NCBI GenBank assembly: GCA_009103225.1
Contig: RHPI01000193.1
Coordinates: forward strand, 430,650-494,649
Reading direction: 5' to 3'
DNA length: 64,000 nucleotides
Source of the DNA: Chlorokybus atmophyticus
Lineage: Eukaryota > Plantae > Mesostigma and Chlorokybus algae
Shown here: one piece after another, positions 37,601 to 51,073 of the stretch
How positions within the stretch are numbered: the first letter of the stretch is position 1
How the letters are laid out: each line of letters opens with the position of its first letter
Notes under the pieces: generated by a model
What the model saw: only the letters and a program-made list of their open reading frames with translations
The model's database searches: none
What the model was told of the DNA's origin: nothing
Position numbers and translations under genes: made by a program

Positions 37601-39360
37601 GGTGTTGGGTTGGGTCTGCTGGTCGAGGAGAGCTAAGCAGGCGCCGACGGTGACGTGGTAGTTGGCCTTGACCTTGCGCACTGCAAGAACAACCCCAGCC
37701 AGTCAGCTTGTTGGTGACCTGACCTGTGCTCTGTGTATATCAAGCGCACATGTGTGTGCAAATTTGCGTACCCGTGTGCGCGCGCGAGCACACGGGTAAG
37801 CCCTGTGCTCTATAGATGTATGTCGTACATGCGTGCGTGTGGAAGCGTGCGAGCGTGAGCGTGTATATCGCGTAAATGCATGTGTGTGAATGCGCTTGAT
37901 AGAGTATGCGCGAGAGCCTTTGTGAAAGTATGTGTGTGTGCGCTACCCGGATGCATTGCTCGAGTGCATGCGGGTAGTGTATGCGGGTCTGTGTCTGTCT
38001 AATTGTGTGCGTCATGCGCATGGGGGAGTTCATACACCGTGCATCATGCACCACACCTGCAGGGCAGTTGCGTACGACCGACAGCAGCCCGTTCCCCGTG
38101 AAACCTATCCCCCCGTATCGCGCTTTGAACGTGTGCAGGCGGCTCAGGCCTCGCAGAGACACGAGGCCCTCGTCCGTCGCCGAATACCAACAATCAAGTG
38201 ATAGAGACTCCAACTCGCGCAAACCGGAACCGACCTCGGCAAGGCTGGCATCTAAAAGGGAGGGAAAGAAGCACATCAGTGACAAAGAATGAGACGCACG
38301 CAAGCACACAGACATGCCGGGGGAAACACACGTGCAAAACCACACACGCATGCATGCGCGCACATGCATGCACGCGCGTGCATGTGCGCGTGCAGTGCAC
38401 ACTTACACACGCGAGTGCGCGTGTGCACCCACGCACACATACGCGCACACATTGAGTTGCTCGTCGTCAGATGTTGACATGCCAACTACCACACGTGCAA
38501 TTGCCTGAGCAAACTTCTCACCAGTGAGGTTCACCGCCATGAACAGCGTCAACACCCTCAACTTTTTGCATCCCATGACGAACTCCTTGAGCGACGCGTC
38601 GTCCATCTCGTGACAACTCGACTTGAGCTTCAGCACGCGCAGGGAGTCCCGACACGCGAGGGCGCGGAGGGCACGGCCACTATATCCCAAGGGGGGCCTC
38701 CCGTCCTGAAGGAGAGGGTGTGTGAATTGTATGTTGGTGTAGGTGTTGGGGGATGTGTTGGGGGGGGATTGGACCTGTAAGCTCATGTGCGCGAGGTGGA
38801 CGGAAGCGTGCAAGGAGGTGAGCGAGGGGCAGCAAAGTGCGAGGGCTTCGACGCCGTCGTCACCGACAGCGCACCGCTCCAAACGCACCGTGCGAAGCTG
38901 CACACAAGTTGTGAAGCTGAGCACAGCACTCATCAATGTGGCATTCGTGCGCGCGCATATGTGTTTGCGCGCATCTGCGCATGCAATCAAACGCGCGTCT
39001 GTGTGTGTGTGCGTGTGTTTGGGAGTTCCCCCCACACACGCACATGCTGGGTGCGTGTGTGCATGTATGTGTGGGTGCTTGTGTGTGGGTGCGTGCATGC
39101 CTGTGATGTGTGTATGTTGTCCAATGTACCTGTCGGCAGTGCGCAGCGATGGTCGCCACGACGCTATCGTCCACCTGCCTAATGTGATACAACTCAAGCG
39201 TTGTTAGCGCCGGACACAGGAATCCCAGCTCCCTCCACGTTGCCGTCATCGGCGCGCTCGCACGGTAATCGTCGTACGATCGGAAGCGGAACTCGACGGC
39301 TTCTCCGCGCAACCAACGCAGGCAACCGCGCAAGCCGCTGCGATGGATGAGGGTGAGAAC

Positions 39361-39391
<31 letters not shown>

Positions 39392-41162
39392 NNNNAAGGG
39401 GCGCAGGCATGCCTTGGGGCATAGTGGTGGGCAGACCTGTCGGTGAGGCGGCCGCCCTCGCTGATGTGATCGAGCACGCTTGTGTGCGCGTCCCAGATGG
39501 CAGAACGCCTGAGTAGTGCGTCGCGCCCGACCCTCGCAAACTGCCTGCAATGTGGGTGTTGTGTTGGAAAGCCTACAACAATGTGTCAAACACGCCTGTA
39601 CACGACCCATCGCAACAACTCGCGTACCTTGACACTGTGCTTATGCGTGCAATGCGCGCGAGTCCGCCACCTCCAGCAGCCACATACGAAAATACGTGCA
39701 GTAAGGCTTCATCAGGCAGGTCCTCGATTGTTGCCTTTGTGCACACCGATTCGCTGTTGCTACTCCTCGTTGAGGTGTTTGCGTTGGAGGTGTTGACAGC
39801 TGGCGAGTACAAGTCCTGGCTCGTGCTTGCTGTGCTTGCCTCGAAGTCATCCAAATCTTCAACGGACAGGGACCAGTCAAGCGTGGGACCGTGCAGCTGA
39901 AGAACTCGTGCTCCGTCCACACTGAATATAGGCTATCAGAATACACATGCACGTGCATACTCGCGCGCGTATTAGACACGCTCACACACGCAGGCACATT
40001 CACACACACACGCATGCACGCACGCATGCACGCACATGCACACTCACACGCGCGCGCACGCGCGCATACATACGGAGACACACTCATCTGCATGCGTGCC
40101 CATGAACAGAAACGCACGCACACGCACGCACGCACACGCACGCACACGCACACATGCGCCCCCCCACACACACAACCACATCTCCACCTCTGTGCGAGTG
40201 CGGCGATGATGCTCAGCGGCGTCAAATACGTCTCCACGTTCTCCACGCGGCACTCCCCCTCTCGCCCCTCTTCTCCCCCGCCAGTCGCGACGACTCGGCA
40301 CGCGGCCACGCGACACACTTCGGGCGCGTCCCCCCGCGACTCGCCATTGAAGCTGTCGGCGAGGGAAGCGAGGAGGGAGGAGACGGAGGCGTAGACGCCA
40401 CCCGCGCAGGGACAAGCTGCCTGCGTCGTGGGTGCTTGCAGCTGTCAGGGATAGTGCGACAGCTGTGAGTGTGACAGACTGTTTGCAGCAAGCATGTCAA
40501 TGAGCAACTGTGTGAGCAGCTTCAGATTCGTCATCCGTGTTCGTGCATGCGATCTGCTTGACTCGTGATGATTGCATGCTTATGGCAAGCAACAACTGAA
40601 TATATGTGGAACTGGCTTGCTTTGATGTGATACGCAGCCTCGCAATTGAGTATAAGGTAGATCGTGTGGGAATAAGGTTGTGAACACACAGGCGTGCGTG
40701 ACAAGACAGGTCAGCTGCATCGATGCTTGTTTGCACCCGTCAAGTCACAAGACAAGCACGAATTATGCGTTAGTATAGCATAATGCAGAATAGCAAGCAA
40801 GCAAGTTGAAAGCCGTGAAGTGCTGTGCACTGTACTATGCTGTATGTTGTTCAGACCACTGCGCCAACTGTAATAAGTTGCGTGTTAAACTTGCTTCCCA
40901 AGCATCACAGCTTCACAAAGAAGTTTTAGGAGGCAACCAGGCTGATGCCAGCTAGCATGGCCTAGACTTGACTTGACACGACCAGGCCAGCGTGTCCCAC
41001 CTGCTGCCTATCCGCCTGGTCGATTACCCCAGCAACGTCCTCCCTGTCGTTCTCTCCCCTCTCCAGCTCGGCTCCCACATCCCAGGCGATGCGAGCCATG
41101 CGGCGAGCCCGCTGCACAGCCGCCGCCACCGCCACCGCCGCCGCCTGCTGGCCAGCAAGCAT
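34611..41162 (-). CDS. F-box/LRR-repeat protein with a long helical C-terminal extension, >12 exons; ends approximate
   Basis: F-box IEDLPDEALLHVFSYV (~39690-39740). Cys-containing LRRs: LGFLCPALTTLEL, VGDDGVEALALCCPSLTSL, MDDASLKEFVMGCKKLRVLTL, LRELESLSLDCWYSATDEGL. Confidence 0.75.
36281..36359. repeat. 79-bp copy of the tRNA-Asn upstream region plus the first 8 nt of the tRNA, inside an F-box intron
   Basis: Identical to 29975-30053 except for one N. Confidence 0.95.
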
Positions 41163-41597
41163 CCCCGCCAGGCATGTCACAGCAGTTTAGCAGCTAACAG
41201 AGTAATCTCGATATCACCTGTAAAGCTAGACATCGTCAATGTTGCGCGACAGGAACACTGGATATCAATGTTAGAAATAACGCGGTCTAGCCTGTGATGG
41301 CGCTAAAGCGGGTGCTAACTGGGTATGCCTACGCACGTTGTCCGTGCCACGCGCGTGGCATGGAAGGGAAGCTAAGTGACCGGTGCGTTAGTGTCGAACT
41401 GGAAGGGAAGGGTGTGCGTTTACAGTATAGCAGTTTTCTGTTTGGAAGCTTTGTACTCATGCCACGAGTGCTAACGGAAGTTCTGGGACCAGGCCAGAGA
41501 TGTGGGTTGGCCACGTAGGCGGCGGCGGTGACGGTGGTGGCGGTGGCGGTGGCTGTGGGGGCAGCGCTGGTGGCGTGCGGGAGGTACACATAGAGCT

Positions 41598-42371
41598 ATG
41601 GTTGACTGGAGAATGTTCTGGATCAGGGCGGCGTACATGAGCTCGCCTGTAATCTTTGGTACCGCCGCCATGCTGTACTATAGCCCCAGCCCCGAGAAAC
41701 TGCAAAAGGTGCATACCGCATGCGAGTCACTACATTATTCCCAATGAGTCGTTCGCACGTCTGGTTCAAGTATTGTGATGCACGCATGGCACATGGACGG
41801 TGGGAGCAGTTTGAAGATATGCTGCGTGTTAGTTGCACTACACATGCGCACGTACAGCAGCGTGTAGACACAGTATATAATTGTACTAAACAGCACGTAC
41901 TTGTGTACCTCAGATCTTACTGAAAGGAAAGTAGGGTGTGAGAGACAACACACCAGCGCATGTGCATACATCACGCACGCACACGCATTCACACACTTGC
42001 ATATGCACATGCACGCTTGCGCACGCTCATGCATGCATGCACACGCCCGCATGTGTACATAAGCACGCACATGCACTTACTCGCATGCACACATGCACGC
42101 GCTGGTGCGCGCGCACAATTTTGTCATGCGCATGTGCACGTGCGTGCATACGCACCCACCCACACGCACACGCATCACAATGACCAACAGCTACACAGTT
42201 GTGAACACACATGATGCCTGCTTACTTGCCTTGATGTTGCGTTGTTGATCTTGCCAGGAGATGGAGAAAACCGGTGTTGTGACCGATGCGAGGTTACAGG
42301 AGGCACGGCAACTGAGGCGTATGCAGATGGAGGCAATGATGGATGAGGTCAAGGCCGCCAAGTCCAATTGA
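41598..42371 (+). CDS. Small (~74 aa) single-pass membrane protein, possibly Cbp4/UQCC3-like
   Basis: MVDWRMFWIRAAYMSSPVIFGTAAMLYYSPSPEKLQK|EMEKTGVVTDARLQEARQLRRMQMEAMMDEVKAAKSN*; phase-0 GT-AG join. Confidence 0.55.
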
Positions 42372-42960
42372 TGGGAAGCGCTGTCAATGCATGGTTGACA
42401 GCGTATTGGCTGCTTTTGGTAAACAGTGTGTACTTGTATACTTATGTGCATTTTGGCCACATTGGCGACAATGTTAGACAATTGTAGACAGGCACGTCAT
42501 TGTTGAGTGGTGATTCGTGTTGCAGTGATGTTGTATTTGGTAAGTCCTTACAATCAACTTGAAGTATGGGTACGGAGGCAGGTCTATCAAAACTTGACTT
42601 CTGTGGTGATTGGTGAGAAAGTTGAACTTGTGAGTAATGGTTGCCTCATCCTGCTCTGCCTGCATGAATGATTGGGCTCAAGGACCGTTTATAACACACC
42701 TGATGAGACTGAACATAACACCAAGAAGGGGTACAGGGAAGGATGTAGAACACAGTCAGATTTTACAAGAGATGCTGCTCAAAAGTGCAGCTATAATGCT
42801 CTCAACCCTGATCATCTGTTGAAATGCCACAAATGCACCAGCACCAAATTCAAATGTCCAGCTTGCAGCTAAAGATACCGTCGCATGTTGTACACAAATG
42901 TTGTACACACTATCTCCCATGTATCTAAGACATGTTGCTCTATGACCCTTGTACCTACGA

Positions 42961-43108
42961 CTGCTTCGAAGCTAACCTGAAAGTTCCCGCCTTTGGCTCC
43001 TAGCTACAAGTCAATGCGTGAGCCATCCGCAGCACTGCTTCGAAGCTAACCTGAAAGTTTCCGCCTTTGGCTCCTAGCTACATGTCAATGCGTGAGCCAT
43101 CCGCAGCA
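42961..43108. repeat. 74-bp tandem duplication just downstream of the PTST1 stop
   Basis: 42961-43034 vs 43035-43108, 2 mismatches. Confidence 0.97.
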
Positions 43109-43112
43109 AAGA

Positions 43113-46066
43113 CTACTGCACCACAAGCACATTGTTGGCTAAATAGCCTTCACCCTCAATCGGCCAGTCGCCCACGACACGCCAATCGCCGTCAACAACA
43201 AACTTGATGTGGTATCTGCATACCACAGTCAACCTCATGTCCTGACAAGTTGCATGTAACACAACATATCTAAATCATCACATGCACATACCGGCCAGGG
43301 CGCAGTCGCAGAGTGGTTCGAAACTCTGCATACGTGCCCATGACTTCGGGAGAGAGCTGCTCTCCTTTGCTCCAGCCATCAAAGGACCCCATCACTTTGA
43401 CATCCTGGTCAAGACAGATTTTGGCAATGTCTGGTGATCCATGTCACTTGTGCTTTTGCTAAGCCACATGCTTCATGTGTACCTGAGCCATTCCCTGCCA
43501 GAATACTTCCACTTGCCGCACCTCATGCTTGTCAACTATCCTCAACTGGGCCTCTATCAACGACTGCAACTCTGCACAGAGAGAGCCCAATCAGATCAAC
43601 CATGTCAGTACGGCTGGCAGATTGTTTGCATGTGGCATTGTGTGCCATAAACGAGAAGTTTGCAACCATGGCATGGAACCAGTGCCAAGGCGGTGATGTG
43701 AAGGACAAGATGAACGGAGATTTACACCAATCCCACCCATCGTTGAATTGTCAAGTAGATGCAATGACGAGTGCATGAGTAACAGGAAGAGTACACCAAC
43801 GAGCTAGCGGTTGGCGTGATTGTTGACGAGAGTCATTGCCTGATATACCCATGGAGCTTACCACGGGTTCGGTCGGCTATGAGTGAGTGCACGTATTTGC
43901 CGTTGGCCTTCGTAAAAGGTTCCCCTCTGGCGGCCTTGCGGCCCATCTCCTCCGCCAGCTGTGCAATAGACTCGAGCTGCTCGCACGCGGACGTGAGCTG
44001 CAAGCGAGCTTCCTTCACGACGGCGTCCATGTCGCGAATCTCCCTTTGCAACCGCCGGTTCTAGATCATACCGAGTGAGTAACAATTGCATGACTGTTTA
44101 CACAGTGCTTGTACGGACTGAATGTACCTGATGTGAGTGAGTGAGTCGATACTGCATTTATGTGGACTGACTGAATGCAGCTATAGTAGAGCCATGAATT
44201 ATGTCAAAACCTGCATGTTGGAGTCGCTCAGCTTCTTGTTGAGCCGCTGTCGTATCTCATTGGCTTGCGCATGTGCTCGTGACTCTGCAAGCGCTGAAGG
44301 GTGGGCAGCAACTTCTTTCACCTTGGCGTTGTATGCTTCACGGTTTGATGTTTGTGCTTGGCTGCCAGATAGCTCTCTTCTGGTCGGCACGGTTGCTGCT
44401 GTATTTCTTGTGGCTGCTGCACTTCTTGTGGCTGCTTCTGGCATGCCTGCCCTGTCCCTGCTTGCGGGCGCTGCTTCTGGGACTCGTTGAAGGGGCGCAG
44501 GCATGCCTGCCCTCTCTGGGCTCACAGGTGCAGGTGGGACTCGTTGAAGGGGCGCAGGCATGCCTTCCCTCTCTGTGCTTGCAGGTGCAGCTGCTTCTTG
44601 GACTCGTTGAAGCGGGGCAGGAGGCCTTCTTTGCATAGGCGGTGGTTTCGTCGTTGTGTCCATAGCTGCAAGCTGCAAAGATGCACGCGCAACATGTAAC
44701 AAGTCTGAAAACTACGACTAAAATAACATCGCATGCAGGCATGCGAGCATGCGCGCATACATACTGCGCGCACACACATGGACATGTGCATGTGCGTGTG
44801 TGAGTGTGAGTGCGTGTGTGCGCATAGAAGCGTGCGCTCGCGCACATGGCTTGTATGACTAGAGTCGCCACAACCCATGGTAACTGACCTCACTTCTCAG
44901 GCGCTTGCTGTAGGTGGTGGCTTCTGACAGTCTTGCGTTCAACTTCTGAAGTACCTCAGTCATCTGTTGAGTAAATATTCGGTTTGGTTTTGATGCAATC
45001 ACAACACAACATCGCAGCACACACATGCTTCAAACTTGCGTGCATACCCGTTGCTGAGCCATACAGCATATGCTTTGGAGTAGAACCACATGTGCTTAAG
45101 TGCGCATGGGCATCGTATGTGTGAGCATGGTATGTGATATGCGCTCATCGTCTCAGCACAATCACATGATATTTACAGACTGCATCAAAATAACATGATA
45201 TCAAGCATACTGCGCAAATGCATATGAGGTGTCTGCTCAACATACATTTGAAAATGGTGAATGTACTTGTCTACTTCATATATACAGCCCTGCTATTGCA
45301 CCATTTGCAATAGCGGCAAACTTGCAATGGCGGCATAATTGCATGGTTGCAATTGATGTTAACACGTGTTGCAATCACACATGCATGTATGCATGCATGT
45401 GGTCGCATATGCACGTTTGCACGTCCACATGGATGCAGACACAGCCTCTGACCACACGCAAACGACTGCATGAAGCGCATACATGCGTAACATTGATTTT
45501 TCAATATGTCTGGCTTAATGCAAAAGCCGTGTCTGCAAGTGTAAATGCAACTGTAACAGTCACTGAGCGCATGCAATTACCAACTGTCACCTTGCCTGCA
45601 AAGTAACAGCTATGGAAATTGTTGGAGGTAGCTATGCACGCAACCATGTGCAATGATTGCGTGCATAGCTACCTCCAACAATTGATGCTGAATCATGAAT
45701 GCTGGACACAAAGCATGCACATGGCTCACCTCGCTAACTTCACGCCGTGTGCTCCTTGAGACAACCGGTGTTGAGGCAGTGGTGGCATTCTCAGCAGAAG
45801 TCCGCTGATCATTCGGCCTAACTGCTTCTACATCGCCTGCCTGCCGCTGACTGCCCACAGCTTGCACCCTTGGCAATGATGTTGGTGGTGAAGGTGGTGG
45901 CGATGACGACGGTGCTGATGAGGATGGTGGTGCCGAAGATGGTGGACGCCTGGCATATCCAGTAACAGGAGGCCTATCTAATGGCAGTGATGATGATGTT
46001 GCACGTCTGGCACGTCCAGTACCAGGAGGCCTATCTGATTGTGATGATGATGGTGGCGGTGATGGA

Positions 46067-46100
<34 letters not shown>

Positions 46101-46365
46101 GCGATGTGCGTCTAGTTTCTCCATTTAATGGAGGCCTATCTGATGGTCTTGCAGAAGCGCTACATTGCACTAAGTAAAGCTTACCACTACTGCGCTGCGA
46201 AACCCTAATTCTGCTTTTACTACTACTACTGCTACTGCTAACCCTTTTGCTAACGTTTGCAACCTGCGCGCAAGAACGAGCGTCAAGCTCTGCAGTGAAA
46301 CCAGTGCAACGACGACCAGCAACCAGCAACGTCGGCAGACACATGGACAAGGACAATCCCACCAT
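43113..46365 (-). CDS. PTST1: PROTEIN TARGETING TO STARCH 1-like (transit peptide-like N-terminus, coiled coils, CBM48); start uncertain
   Basis: RLNKKLSDSNMQ|NRRLQREI...IAQLAEEMG...KANGKYVHSLI; VEVFWQGMAQ|DVKVMGSFDGWSKGEQLSPE...TLRLRPGR|YHIKFVVDGDW...GEGYLANNVLVVQ*; parallels the Arabidopsis PTST1 C-terminus. Confidence 0.9.
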
Positions 46366-47531
46366 AACACACCACCATGATACTGTAGCCACAATCACCT
46401 ACGACACGTGCAGTGACCAATCATGAACCGCAAGCTACATCATGCATGCTGTTGTATTAGGCTAAGCATGCTGCTTCCACTGGATCTAGCATGCTTTTAG
46501 CCATGCAGCACTACCTGGGCAGCAGAAATAGAGGCGACAGCGACGGCGACAACCATGACGCCGACCACCACGACGACAATACAGCCACCAACAAACTGTA
46601 CTGTGCCCGTGGCCACAAACACGCTGTGCGAAGGCCGGCACAAAGAGGGTGGGAATGGGTATGAAGAGGGTGAGCGCGGGTGGATAAACCCTAATACAGA
46701 ACCCGTTCTGGATGAGGCTTGCTGACGCGGAACGTCTGAGCCGGTTTGACGGGAACGTCTTCGATGCGGTTGAATGGTGAAAGCGCGGCCTGCGTGACGC
46801 GCACTGCACGACAGCGCTGTGCCGCCGCAGCCGGGCACGCGCAGTTCGATGGGGACGACGACGGTTCGCGGTTTTCCCCGACGCAGAATCTACGTCATCG
46901 CGAAAATTGACTGGCAACACGCGAGCTCAGCCGCAGGAATCTGCGGACACTAACCGCGCAATTTACATCAACATAACCAATGGTCAAGCAGACGGGTATA
47001 TTGCCCGCAGCCTCAGTCGACTTCGCGGCTATATGTGGGCTTTGCGCGCAGCTGCCAACGCAGCGACTTCAGTCGATGTCAACTGTGTACTGGTCAGTAC
47101 GACGCAGTTAGTTATTATTGGGCGCGGGAGAGCGGCTCACTCAACACCTTTGGTTTCTGGGGCTGGGAAAACCGGTGTGATAATTTGCCAAGTGCCGAGT
47201 GTGACTGCAAAGCGCAGCCAAAAGCGCGGTCAGCGCGGACCACAAGCGGTTGAATCAGACCGCAGAGGTTAAAGTGACCCAAATTAGGCAGTGTGCCAAG
47301 GAATAAGAGAATATGCCAACAAAAATGCGCACAGGCATGGCCTGGGCGGCATCATCGCTGAGGGCATCCTTGAAGGCATCCTCGGGGGGGTTGCTAACGT
47401 TAGCATTATGCGGAGGTAGCAAAGCTGCAGCTGCAATGGCCCGTTCAAGCAGATTGCTTCGTTTTACGAGCTAACGTTTGCCCTCCCCTCGGCCCTGCTC
47501 CCCTTGCAGCTGACTCTACCAGATTGTAGCC

Positions 47532-49785
47532 ATGGAGGCAAGCAAGCTCGTGCGTTCGCCGTCTGTGCCTACTTCCTCCGTATATGGGTGGATGAACGAC
47601 ACGTGGCAAGCTACAGCTTCCACGCCACCTTCACCGGTCTACAGCCTCAACCTGCCAGGTAGCTGGCTGCTGTGCGTAACCACATTGGTTGTTGACCTTG
47701 GTGAGGTAGTCTCAACAAGCTTCTTGCAAGCTGTTGTGTACGGTTGCTAGCTGCTTCCCTTAGGATTAGCCGCTCGTGTGGTGGATGTTGCGAGCGCTCT
47801 GTGTGCTAGCTCGTGTGCATTGTAAGTGCTGTGTATGTGTGCGTGTTTGTGTTGTTGCTTGTCACTAGCTTCTAGCAACGTGTACATTGCTTTTCGTCGA
47901 AGCTCCTTGTAGAAGTTCAACACTTGTAGCTGTGGGTAACAGCTGGTTGCAACAGGTGTGACTAAGAGTGTGCGCACACCAGCGAGACCATCTCGGTCTT
48001 CAAGCTTCAGTGTGCACAGGTACTGTGTGTGAGGGGTTGTGCAAGCACGCAGTAGACCGCTGTGTACTGTTACTCACTGTTGATAACGTTGTCACCAGGC
48101 ACGCACCCGCGCCAGCTGTTGTACGTTCAGCTTTGCCCTCTCCATCACAGCTCACAGCCATGGCCCCATCTATAACACTTGTTGGGGTGCGGTCAGTGCC
48201 AACACCATCCATACTGGACACAGCTGAACTTTTGCACAGTAAGTCACAGCTTCTCAAAGCCCATCTAGCAGATAGTATAAGTTGTAGCGATGTGCACAGT
48301 TGTACAAGTGTATGTTAGCTTAGGTAGTGTCACATGCTTGGCAGATCTGCCATGGGATGCTCGAGGGATGATGCCAGTCGTTGCACATCGTGGCTGCGGT
48401 AAAAACGATGTGACCAAGAGAGAGGAGTTCCGCGCCATCACAGACCCTGATATACGTGAGTTGTTGTTTGTCAAGAGATTACTGCTCGCTGCGGCACACG
48501 TAGATAGCATTGGTTTTGACATGTGTAAAACTGCAGGTGAAAACACTATACTTTCATTTAATACCGCGGCAGAACTTGGAGCAGATTTCGTGGAGTTTGA
48601 TGTGCAAGTCACCAAGGACAATGTCCCAGTTTTGTTTCACGACACATTCATTGTGCGGACAGACAAGTCTGGTGCTACTGTAAGTGGACTCCCGCTGAGA
48701 GCTCATCTCATGTGCTGTGTGGCTTGATCAGCTATTGACACCCGCATTATTTTAATTGTAGACTTCAACGCCAGTCTCTGCACTGAACCTGAATGAGTTC
48801 AAGCAGCCGTCCCCTTCACACTTATTGCGACGTGACTCGTCGGCTATTGTGCACCCGTGGATGTGTGCTGTTGAAGACAGCATGCCTACACTCGAGGAAG
48901 CCTTCACCCGTGTCCCATCACAAGTAAGTGGTCAACCTGCATCACTCGGTAGCTTTGTCCAACTTGCCGCACTGGCCGATATTGAGCGCTTTGCACCTTT
49001 CAGGTTGGATTCAACGTGGAGTTGAAACTCCCCTTCCCTACAGATGATGGTCCCCAGCTGACAGAAGTAGAAAAGCAGAGCTTTGTTGATGCTACATTAG
49101 AGGTATGAGCGCAGCACAACGTGCACAATGTGCATGTTGCCTCAAGCAAGCTCGTGATTGAGAGGTGTGTGCTGTGATTGTTGAGTTGTAGTGCCAAGTT
49201 GTAGTGTCAAGTTGTTGTGACCGCTGTGTGTGTTGTGCCATGCAGCTGCTGCTGGTGCCTGTGTTGCTCATACAATGTGCCATGCAGGTTTGTGAGAAGC
49301 AGGCCTACAGCCGTCGAATAGTCTACTCAAGTTTTGACCCAGATGCTGTTATATACTTGCGCAAGCGGCAGTCCAAGTACCCTGTATTCTTCTTGACTGA
49401 GGCTGGAGCTGACACATACACTGACGACAGAAGAAACTCCATTGCTTCAGCAGTCAAAGTTGCCCTTGACAACAATCTTCACGGCGTGGTATCATACGTG
49501 AAGCCCCTCATAGCGAACCCGTTCCTCATTCGTACAGTAAAGGATGCTGGCCTGCTGCTCATGACATATGGCTCAGACAACAACTTGGTGGACTCGCTGC
49601 GCTTGCAAGAACAGTTTGGCGTGGACGCGGTCATCGTGGACAAGGTCTATCACATTGTCACAGCGGCTCAGTCCCGCCCATCGCAGCGTGCGGATGTTGT
49701 CTTTATACCCAACATGGCCATGGACGTGTTCGCCACCACCTCGCCACCGCCTTCCTCTGCACCAGTGGGGCGTGTGGGCGCATGA
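47532..49785 (+). CDS. GDPD: Glycerophosphodiester phosphodiesterase, plant GDPD1-3 type, ~7 exons
   Basis: [11 protein letters not shown]...I|[36 protein letters not shown]; GFNVELK; IVYSSFDPD; KYPVFFLT; LMTYG; GVDAVIVD. Confidence 0.93.
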
Positions 49786-51073
49786 GCGCGTGAACACAGC
49801 TTGCTTGTTGCATGCTGTAGTTCCAATATTTTTGAGACACCCTTCACCAGTCTGTGCGCCGTTACTGAATGGTACTGATTGTGTTAGTGGTCTGTATAGT
49901 GTACAATTTTTGTCCAATTGGACAGTTTGAACAGCTTTCCCTATGTTTTGTGAGCTTCAGGGTTACTGGCAGCATGAGCAGTCCGGATGTCTGGGCTCAG
50001 TTACGATTGTTGAAGTTGTGTACAATTGCAACTTGATTTCCTTCATTGCTCGCCTTATTCGCCTGAAAGACAGAAGCACTCTTGACAAGCATGTTCTTGA
50101 GTGTGAAACCTTTGCCTCAAAACCCATATCACTCTGTTTGCATGGACGCATTTGTACCTCCGTACCATGTGCAGTGCACTGAACACAGTTGGTATAAGGC
50201 TTCAGCACTCCCATCACAACAGCAACAGCTGTCAATAACTTGATATAACAAACAGCCAATTCCCAGCAAGAACTCACCGCCTCGGTGTAAGAACTTACGT
50301 GATACCAGCACAACCCCACACAACCCCACACTACCAGCGTGTTGGCCAAGCGCAAAGTGTGAGCCCCACGCCGCTCACCAGTGTGTCTCCACTGATGACT
50401 CAGTCGGAAAGGCTCTGTCTAGCTGTGCAGTGAGTGGCCGGCGACAGCCAGGCCTAGACCGCACCCCAGATCAGCACCAGACAAGGAGAGAGTGACAACC
50501 TGCCCGGCAGCGCATGCGCTGTCATCCCCACTGTACCGCCAGCTGTCAGTCCGCCGGTGCGCCGACTGCTTGATAGCTGAGCTAGCTGGCGCGGGTGCTG
50601 GACAGTGGCTCGGTTGAGTAGTCGGTTGGTGGGTGGGTTGCTTGGTGGGTGGTTGGCAGAAAGGGAATGAGGTCGCACAAGGAGCCAGCTGGCAGAGGGT
50701 CCATCAAGGATGAGGGTGCTTTGCTAGCAGGTACGATGTGCCTCGTCACCCTGTTATTACGTTGCACATGCTTGCTCGCTTGGTTGACAGGTAGAATGCT
50801 TGATAACTTGTGTGGCAGAATGAGGTCAAAGCCAGCGGTTTCAAAGCTGCAGAAGCTTCCATTACAAGCGATGCTGGTACCGCACAGTTGTAGACTTCTC
50901 CGCTGGAAGGCTGATGGATAACCCGCTGCGCTGTAAGGTTTCCACTCAAGCAGGCGGCGATCTGGCTGCCTACCACTTGGCTGCTTGCACATTGCACAAA
51001 GCACACATTGTGCTCAGCCAACCAGTAAGCGTTTAGTTGGACACAATTAGTGAAACACAGAGATCACGCCGCC

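Noticed and set aside
34200-42250. Numerous His/Thr/Ala/Cys/Val-rich ORFs
   Set aside because: They arise from stop-poor alternating purine-pyrimidine introns.
49950-51000. Small minus-strand gene between GDPD and the UCP-like gene
   Set aside because: No consistent exon chain or recognisable motif could be assembled.
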